Positions 32,708 to 42,219 of a stretch of 64,000 nucleotides of DNA are shown one piece after another. The stretch is from Sedimentisphaerales bacterium (lineage in GTDB: Bacteria; Planctomycetota; Phycisphaerae; Sedimentisphaerales; Anaerobacaceae), in contig OY970194.1 of NCBI GenBank assembly GCA_963708075.1, positions 3,584,001-3,648,000 on the forward strand, read 5' to 3'. The stretch's first letter is position 1, and each line of letters opens with the position of its first letter. Position numbers and translations under genes: made by a program. The notes under the pieces were generated by a model. It did no database searches. It was not told where the DNA came from and was given only the letters and a program-made list of their open reading frames with translations.

Positions 32708-33714
32708 GTCGACCTTTCTTCCTACACGACGAGAGGGGCGAAACACGATAACTCGCCCCTCGGACTGCGTTCCGTTCCATTCAAGGTCCTACTGCTTCGC
32801 GCGTATCTCCTTATTCATGAACATGACTACACCGTGGATGCTGCGATTCATAGATGCTGTTGCATCGCGGATGCTATCAGGCACTCTTGCTGCATGGAGC
32901 CTGTAAACCCCCAGGAACGTCTGTATCGTCCAACCCATGTGCCGCTCATATCGGCGTCGATATTCCCTTTGCTGTAACTTTTTTCACCCGTTTACAGAGA
33001 TGAGCTATCCGGCGGCTTCTTAGCGGACTATCGTGCTCTTGCCGTGCGGATAGTCCGCTCACAACAGGCTCGACAACGTGACATGCAGGACTCTTTACGA
33101 CACGGCGACCGCGCGACGGACAGTACTGCTGTGGGACTCTATATTATTGGCCCCCGCCTCAGACCCCCGCCTCGCTCACGGAGGCAAGCGGCCCCAACTC
33201 TCCGCTGGTGGCGATAATCGGCAGGCGGACAATCCCGATATCGCGGCTCGTGCTTTCCCACCACGCGAGTTTCACGCCGGACGACCCGATCTCAAAGTCG
33301 CCCCGAGTGATACCGACGAGCCGATCTCCTCGAAAACCGCCATAAAAGGGTAGAGACATACGATTTTCTCGAACGTTTGCCCATCTACGGCAATTTGGGC
33401 AAACCCCGGCTTCGGCGAAAGAGCAAACTGGGAAATACCCCAGACTGCTCTCCCAATTCCCCCCCCCCCCGCCCGCGTGCAAAGGGCGTGACAAACACAG
33501 GTCACTATGCCCCCGGAACTTCACGTCCCTCCATTCCTGCCTAATAAGATTTCATGTATCTTTATACCTGGAAATAGGCCAAACCAGCGAATGACCACTG
33601 AAACACTGTGTTTTCAATTCGAGTCGGAACAGGTGCCGACCGAGGACCCCGGCACGGACAAGGGTTCAGCGGCCTCGCTGCGGCCCCGGTGAGTGTTTGT
33701 CAGCAGTCTCGTGT

Positions 33715-36309
<2,595 letters not shown>

Positions 36310-36364
36310 AACCGTATCCTCGTTCGTCGGATTCGTTTCATCACATTAGGTTATACGCTCAGTG

Positions 36365-36380
36365 TGCAAACCGTGTGCCC
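36365..36380 (-). promoter_or_regulatory. Sigma-54 (-24/-12) promoter of clpB
   Basis: Minus strand GGGCACACGGTTTGCA = GG-N10-GC, matching TGGCAC-N5-TTGCW, about 55 nt upstream of the start codon. Confidence 0.7.
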
Positions 36381-36545
36381 GACCGGGTAATAATCATAAC
36401 CCATTATCAGGCAATGGATTATGCGCTTGTGCAGGCAACAATGGAGTGCCATTCTGGCAGGTCGTGCACCTGCCGTGGGTGCAAACCATCCCCGCTCATC
36501 CTCTCGCTGAGGCTCTTAAAGGCGATGCCGGAATGAGCCTTGCTA

Positions 36546-36640
36546 TGTCACCCCCGCGTAGGCGGGGGTCCAGAGCTTGCCCTCGCGAAGGCGGGGGATC
36601 GTTCGATAGGGGCTGGCTTCCCGCTTTCGCGGGAATGACA
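36546..36640. repeat. GTCA(T/C)..CCGCG-type REP-like inverted pair
   Basis: TGTCACCCCCGCGTAGGCGGGGGTCCAG ... CTGGCTTCCCGCTTTCGCGGGAATGACA, with a third related hairpin (CCCTCGCGAAGGCGGGG) inside. Confidence 0.75.
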
Positions 36641-36680
36641 TGTGGGCCGCCTTGCCATATCTTCCTTGTGTCAGAGATTC

Positions 36681-37130
36681 TTAGAACGTCGCCCAGTCGT
36701 ACTCGATTTCCAGCCGGAGCTTGTGTTCGGCTTCCTCCTGCGCGAGTTTCGTGAGCACGTCGCGCAGGGCCTGGCTCCTCGCAAGCGATGCCAGATTCGT
36801 GTACAGTCTGAACGCGGCCTTCTCCTTCTTCATGGCGACGACCAGCAGATCGGCATAGCTCATTCCCGGTTGCGGCGAGACCTCCGCCAACGCTTCCTCG
36901 ATATCAAGGCTGCCGACTTCCTCGTCGCCCGCGAACGCCACCTCGCCGGCTCTGATGGCCTGCAAGTGGATGCTGTGCTGCAACTCATCCGTCGCGAGCC
37001 GGCCGATGATTTCGCGCACCTCGGGCTTCGTCGCGAGCTGAGCCAGTTCCCCGTAGAATCGCCGCGATTCCACCTCCCTGGCAATCGCGAAATCCAGAAC
37101 ATCGTTCACAGTCCTGAATCGTGTCCCCAC
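36681..37130 (-). CDS. Ferritin-like / rubrerythrin-family protein
   Basis: Two di-iron half motifs: AIAREVESRRFY...DELQH and AMKKEKAAFRLY...EEAEHK. Start chosen at GTG 37130. Confidence 0.85.
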   Translation of the reverse strand: MGTRFRTVNDVLDFAIAREVESRRFYGELAQLATKPEVREIIGRLATDELQHSIHLQAIRAGEVAFAGDEEVGSLDIEEALAEVSPQPGMSYADLLVVAMKKEKAAFRLYTNLASLARSQALRDVLTKLAQEEAEHKLRLEIEYDWATF

Positions 37131-37248
37131 GCAAACCAGTCTACCATCCCCCGCCCGCAAAGCAAGTCCCCTGTCAAACCGTGCATGAACGAGAGGTGGA
37201 GAAATCCGAAGCACGAAATCCGAAATTTGAGGCCAATCGGATCAGGTA

Positions 37249-37835
37249 TTGAATAGTTAAAGAAAATCGCCTTAGTCGGTCGATCTTTTCAGGCATGCGG
37301 ACACCAGGAAAACCCGAAGAGCTCGAGCGACAGCGGTTTAAGGCCGTTGCTCTGGTTGAAGCCGGTCACCGGCCCGGTGAAGTGGCCCGGCGACTCGGCG
37401 TCTCGCCGGGAGCCGTCTCCCGATGGAAGAAGATCTATCAGCGAACCGGGCTGGCCGGCTTGAAGGCCAAGCCGCATCCCGGCCGCCGGCCCAAGCTGAC
37501 GGCCCGGCAGCGGCGGAAGCTGGAACAGTTGCTGCGGAAAGGTCCTCTCGCCCACGGGTATGCGACCGATCTATGGACGGTGAAGCGGATCGCCGAAGTC
37601 ATCGAGGAGCATTTCGGGGTCTGCTACGACCCTTCCGGGGTCTGGCACGTGCTACACAGCATTGGCTGGACGTGCCGGAAACCCGAAGGCCAGGCGCGCG
37701 AACGCGACGCAATGCCCATCGCCGGTCGCCATCAGCAAGACCGGCCTCGCGCCAAGAGAAGCTCGCCCAAGCGGCCGTAATCCCGTGCCTCACACATCCC
37801 AGGCTTGAATAGTGCCATTTTCTTTATCTATTCAA
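37249..37835 (+). mobile_element. Non-autonomous IS630-derived unit bounded by 22-bp imperfect inverted repeats
   Basis: TTGAATAGTTAAAGAAAATCGC (37249-37270) versus GCCATTTTCTTTATCTATTCAA (37814-37835), 20/22 complementary, enclosing the transposase fragment. Confidence 0.6.
37295..37780 (+). pseudogene. IS630-family transposase N-terminal (HTH/winged-helix) part; DDE domain absent
   Basis: EVARRLGVSPGAVSRW, GRRPKLT, GPLAHGYATDLWTVKRIAEVIEEHFGVCY, GWTCRKPEGQARERD. Confidence 0.85.
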
Positions 37836-38000
37836 AGACCGATAAATGCAAAACCCGAACGACAGAAAGGCAATCGCTAGTCTGACCCCATTTTGAGTTT
37901 CGACATTCGCTCATTCGAGCTTGTTTCGAATTTCGATATTCGGATTTCGAATTTCCACCTTGGGCAGCGTTCCTTCCATTCCCCCGAAAACGACCGCCTT

Positions 38001-38224
38001 TTGAATAGATAAAGCAAATCGCCCCCACTCACGGCCATTTCATTTAACTATTCAAAGGTCAATGGCATGGGGTCTCCAGATTCCATCCACGCCGAATAAT
38101 GAATAATGAAGACACGACCCCCGCCCCCGAATCAATACCGACCTGTGAACGGATAAATGAAATAGCTCACACTCACGGCCATTTCGTTTAACTATTCAAA
38201 GGCCAGCAGTATGGGGTCTCCAGA
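38001..38224. repeat. Two direct-repeat units (144-bp period), each a 55-bp palindrome made of the same 22-bp arms
   Basis: Arms at 38001-38022/38034-38055 and 38145-38166/38178-38199, with 11-nt loops ending CACTCACG and shared tails ...ATGGGGTCTCCAGA. Confidence 0.8.
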
Positions 38225-38336
38225 CAACGTCCGCGCGAATAATTGCCAATTGCAGACCTGACGACCCCCAGACCTGTCGAATGAGCAAAATGAGAAGAAG
38301 TACCGCGTACCTCCAGTTCCCCACTCCTCTGTCTGC

Positions 38337-39059
38337 TTACTTGATTCTCAGAGGATATACAAGTCGCTGAGTGTTTGGGTCAAAAAGAATGCGAATCATT
38401 GTATCCGCGTAGGCATCCAACACCGCTACAATCTTCCTGTTCTGCGCTACCATTGTTTGCCTGCACTGGCTCCTAGCAAGCCTGCATGCACGGTCGAAAT
38501 CATCCGACACGTGTTTGATCTTGTTCATTCGCGGGTTCGTTCTGAGCAGATCGAACTCATCCAAGATATCCATTCCTGCAGGTTCAAACCGCCGTTGATG
38601 TACATGATGCGACCTGATGTCGACAATCGGTTTGAACGTCAACTTGATGACCTCGCGCAGCTGCTCAGATTTGGAGCGCGTTTGCGAAGACCGTTTATCG
38701 TTCCTCAGAGCTCTCTCAATAGTTGTGAGACAAGCCAGAAGGCGTTCTTTCAGTATATATGCCTCTTGAAGGTAATTCTGGACATGGTACTTCAGACACC
38801 TTAGCTCTGTCACTTGGCTATTGCGATGAGGGAAACTGCCAACATAGACAGCGATGTCTTTGAGAGCTTGGAAGGAAGCCTCAATCTCGTCAAAGCCTCC
38901 CAACATCTTGTCCCAGTAGAAATCAGTAGACCTCCGCATCGTGACCCATTGATCCAGTTTTGTCTCCAGAGGCAGCGACGTATGCTCAATATCTGTTCGG
39001 CGAATCAACTGTTTTCCTTCACCTGTAACCAGATCTAAGAGATCCTGCCATCCTGCCAT
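38337..39059 (-). CDS. HEPN-domain protein (Cthe_2314-like), putative RNase
   Basis: RxxxxH motif RSHHVH, preceded by YHVQNYLQEAYILKERL. Helical-looking sequence; AT-rich. Confidence 0.65.
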   Translation of the reverse strand: MAGWQDLLDLVTGEGKQLIRRTDIEHTSLPLETKLDQWVTMRRSTDFYWDKMLGGFDEIEASFQALKDIAVYVGSFPHRNSQVTELRCLKYHVQNYLQEAYILKERLLACLTTIERALRNDKRSSQTRSKSEQLREVIKLTFKPIVDIRSHHVHQRRFEPAGMDILDEFDLLRTNPRMNKIKHVSDDFDRACRLARSQCRQTMVAQNRKIVAVLDAYADTMIRILFDPNTQRLVYPLRIK

Positions 39060-39169
39060 GTTATGCCTCTTGTGAAGAGGTTCGCGACGATAAGGTGTGG
39101 AACGTACGGCGGTCCCTAAACATACGATATGTCCACAGGGTCAAGGCTCGTCTTCCTCGACACGCCATG

Positions 39170-40168
39170 TCATGAATCCGCCTTGAACTTCTTACTCGTT
39201 TTGTATAGATACGTCGCCACCTGATCGCCCGGTGGCTTCGCATCATCGATCACACCTGCGATCTTGAGAATTACTTTGGCGAACGAGGCCCAAGAGAATG
39301 TGCCGGCGTCGACCAAGACGGGGGCACTCCGCAAAATCATCCTCCTGATACGGCTACTCTCATGCTTCCTCATCCGATTCTCCAGAGACATCAGTGCGCC
39401 TTTGATCTCCGTATTGACCAGCACATTGGCCTCCTGGCGGATTTCGTGTAGGTCACGTATCCCCTTGATCTGGCGGTAAAGCTGCCATGTCAACTTCCGT
39501 ATTCCACCACGGAATTCAAGCAATTCATCCCTCAGGGCGGTCCTCACTTCTAACAGATCGTCGATCTCAACCGCTCTGATGCCGGGCAGGGCCAGTTGGC
39601 AGATCGCGGATTGAGCAAGCACAGCATTCAGAAGTTCTGTAGCCTCTCCTGGAGTGCCTACTTTGCGCGACGTTGTACAGTCCAGGGCTATCGGATAGCC
39701 TTTCTCATGCGAGATTGCGCAAGCCAACAATGCGTGCTCCAGACTGACCTGCGGATGTGTTTCTTTCACATCGCACATTTCCTCTCTCGTAACTGCTCTG
39801 TATCCGCCGGTTGAACGCAGACGGCGAGCCCAGTCCCACGACTTTGTATCCACGATGCCTTCACGCTCTAATGCATCAAGCATATCTATGAACTTCGTTC
39901 CTGCTTTGATGCATGCCAGATCGGTTGCCGCAGCAAGCTCACGGATGCCGGGGAATAGAGAGTCGCTTACTTCACCCTCCTGAGCAGCCGTCATTTGTTC
40001 AAGCACTTTTTGCACGATATGCAGCGGCCAACTGCAGACGACCACTTGATCATGATACAGACACAGGCTTGCCCAGACGGTCAGATCTGGTAGAGTCGTA
40101 AAGTGCTCGGCCGCAGGAAACCACACCACAACAGATTTGTCAGAACCTTCATCAACCATTCTTCGCAC
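39170..40168 (-). CDS. Hypothetical protein, DUF6236-like
   Basis: LCLYHDQV near the N-terminus; LPGIRAVEIDDLLEVRTALRDELLEFRGGIRKL segment. AT-rich. Start may be the ATG at 40159. Confidence 0.55.
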   Translation of the reverse strand: MRRMVDEGSDKSVVVWFPAAEHFTTLPDLTVWASLCLYHDQVVVCSWPLHIVQKVLEQMTAAQEGEVSDSLFPGIRELAAATDLACIKAGTKFIDMLDALEREGIVDTKSWDWARRLRSTGGYRAVTREEMCDVKETHPQVSLEHALLACAISHEKGYPIALDCTTSRKVGTPGEATELLNAVLAQSAICQLALPGIRAVEIDDLLEVRTALRDELLEFRGGIRKLTWQLYRQIKGIRDLHEIRQEANVLVNTEIKGALMSLENRMRKHESSRIRRMILRSAPVLVDAGTFSWASFAKVILKIAGVIDDAKPPGDQVATYLYKTSKKFKADS

Positions 40169-40451
40169 TCAAGGATGTCCGGTTATGTTATCCTCTCTCC
40201 GGGTTCAGGAGTCAAGACGCGCCCGCAGGCTGTCAGTTCTAGCACTGTTCAGGATTGCGGAGAGCGGCGACGGAGGTCCTTATTCTCCCCCCTGTCGAAG
40301 GGCACAGTAGCCTGCGAATCCATATCCTATTGTAGGGACAAGTCGGGGGAGAGGCAAATGGAAACCAGGACAGTAGCCACTTGGCAGTTCTCGGTCGTCG
40401 CCGAAGAACCTTGTGAAGACCGCCGAGGGACAGTTTCCATTTGCCTTCGGT

Positions 40452-41156
40452 CTACCAGACGCCGGGGATCAGGCGGCGGGGAACTCGGGCGGCGTAGTCT
40501 TTGTAGCCTGGCAGTTCCTTTTGGAGCGTTCTGTCCTCCAGGATGGTTCGCACCACGAGGACTACCGTCGCGACGGCGGATGGGATCAGGGCGTACAAGG
40601 AGCCTAAGGACAGGGGAATGCCGGCCATCATGAAGAGGGCGCCGAGGTAGAGGGGGTGGCGGACGACGGCATAGGGGCCGGTGTCGATCACTTTGTGGCC
40701 TCGCTCGGTCTGGATTCGCACGCTCGGCTCGGCGAACTTGTTGACGCTCTCGGCCCAGATGGAAATGAGGTAGCCGATGCACAGCAGGATGTAGCCGAGG
40801 ACGATCAGCCAGGGCGGAACGCTGGACCAGTGGAATCGGCCGGAGTCGAAGGCGGCTAATGGGAACATCGCGGCGAATGAGAGCATCAGCGGCACGATCA
40901 GCGCTTTGTCCCAGCGTTTCGTGCCCGCACCGAACATCCTGCTTCGGGCAGCGAAGATTTCGGGGTTGGTGCGCCGCAGATAGATGATGCTCGGGACCGT
41001 CAAGACGAAGAAGACCAGGAGAAAGAGCCAGCCTTTCCACCAGCGGATATCGCCGGCGGGGAGGAAGATCAGGACGCCGAGAACGACGAAGGATATCCCA
41101 AGCGAGAGAATACCCCGCCCAAGCACGGCCGTCGGTCCCCGTTGTCCATCTGACAT
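40452..41156 (-). CDS. Isoprenylcysteine carboxyl methyltransferase family membrane protein
   Basis: Multiple TM segments; VRIQTERGHKVIDTGPYAVVRHPLY; EDRTLQKELPGYKDY. Confidence 0.9.
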   Translation of the reverse strand: MSDGQRGPTAVLGRGILSLGISFVVLGVLIFLPAGDIRWWKGWLFLLVFFVLTVPSIIYLRRTNPEIFAARSRMFGAGTKRWDKALIVPLMLSFAAMFPLAAFDSGRFHWSSVPPWLIVLGYILLCIGYLISIWAESVNKFAEPSVRIQTERGHKVIDTGPYAVVRHPLYLGALFMMAGIPLSLGSLYALIPSAVATVVLVVRTILEDRTLQKELPGYKDYAARVPRRLIPGVW

Positions 41157-41345
41157 GTCCCTGACCCTCCCTGCTGACTCTTCCGACTCGTCCTGTAGAG
41201 CGTAGAGAACGCATAACTCGATTGTAGGCCCGGGCCAGGCGAAAGGCAAACGGAATCAAGATGGCGGTCGATACACGTGTCGCAAGGATTACTTACGTGC
41301 CTGTGGCGGGCCAACAAAAAAAGACGTGCAGCACCCGGATTTCGC

Positions 41346-41374
41346 TTGACAGGAAGTCTCGATGTTCGTATAGT
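41346..41374 (+). promoter_or_regulatory. Near-consensus sigma-70 promoter facing the repeat array
   Basis: TTGACA-N17-TATAGT. Confidence 0.8.
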
Positions 41375-41553
41375 ATCTAAACAACTGAATAGAGAATCAT
41401 GGGCAGCGGTTTCGGAGGATCATGAGCGGCAAGATGCAAGTCCGCGTCAGTGGCCACAATACCCCAAAGTCCATCGCGGAGGCGCGGGAAATGAGATCAG
41501 AACCAATCCCCCCATGGATCATCTCCGCAGTCTGTGTGGCGAGGAATCTGTAT

Positions 41554-42099
41554 GTGAAACAAAGCCAATTGCGGGCCGGGGCTCTGGGATTGCGGATTGT
41601 CGATTGCGGAGTGCGGATTGAAGGACGGATGCCGGCAATGACACACATGCGCGGCGCGCAGAACGAGGCCAATTCGGCACGCCGGGGTCGGCCGCGAAAC
41701 AAAGCCAATTTTGGGAAGGATAGGTTATCTGGGAACAATAGAACATTGCGTGCGGGGCAGTCCCACCGCGAGCAGCCTTTGCGAAATAAAGCCAATTGCC
41801 ATGGCAAGACAAGGCCGAGACGGCCTCGCCACGCGGCTCCCGGCGAGTTGTGCGAAACAAAGCCAATCTATTGGCAGAGGGCAGCAGGCGAGAGGCGGCA
41901 GGCTGAAGGAAACTGCACGGATGACTCTGCGAAACAAAGCCAACTGGAGAGGCTGGAATTAACCCTAAGTCCTTTGTGGTAAAGCGGTTACGTTCAATTC
42001 CGCGAGAATGCGAAACAAAGCCAATTCCCGGACCGGGCTGCTGGCAGGCAATCCGGGGCGAGCGGGGACGCCGGCCCTGCTGCGCGAAACAAAGCCAAC
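41554..42099 (+). repeat. Array of eight 16-nt direct repeats (GCGAAACAAAGCCAAY) with unique spacers
   Basis: Copies start at 41554, 41658, 41694, 41781, 41852, 41929, 42010 and 42084; spacers are 88, 20, 71, 55, 61, 65 and 58 nt. Confidence 0.92.
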
Positions 42100-42114
42100 T
42101 GGCGGATGAGCGAT

Positions 42115-42165
42115 ATCAAAAAGCACGCCGGTCGAGGCGGGAGAGCTTTCCTGCCTCGACCGGCG
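42115..42165 (-). terminator. Intrinsic terminator of the GEVED gene; also closes the repeat array region
   Basis: Stem CGCCGGTCGAGGC.../...GCCTCGACCGGCG (42126-42165), followed on the minus strand by TGCTTTTTG. Confidence 0.7.
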
Positions 42166-42219
42166 GTGGGTTGCGTATTCGGTTCGGACCCGCAGAGCAC
42201 GCGGGGCCCCGGCGTTTTG

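Noticed and set aside
38337..40168. Integron gene cassettes
   Set aside because: No attC-like RYYYAAC...GTTRRRY structure seen between the genes, and no integrase in the window.
41554..42099. Calling the 16-nt repeat array a CRISPR
   Set aside because: The repeat is too short and non-palindromic, spacers vary from 20 to 88 nt, and there is no cas gene in the window.
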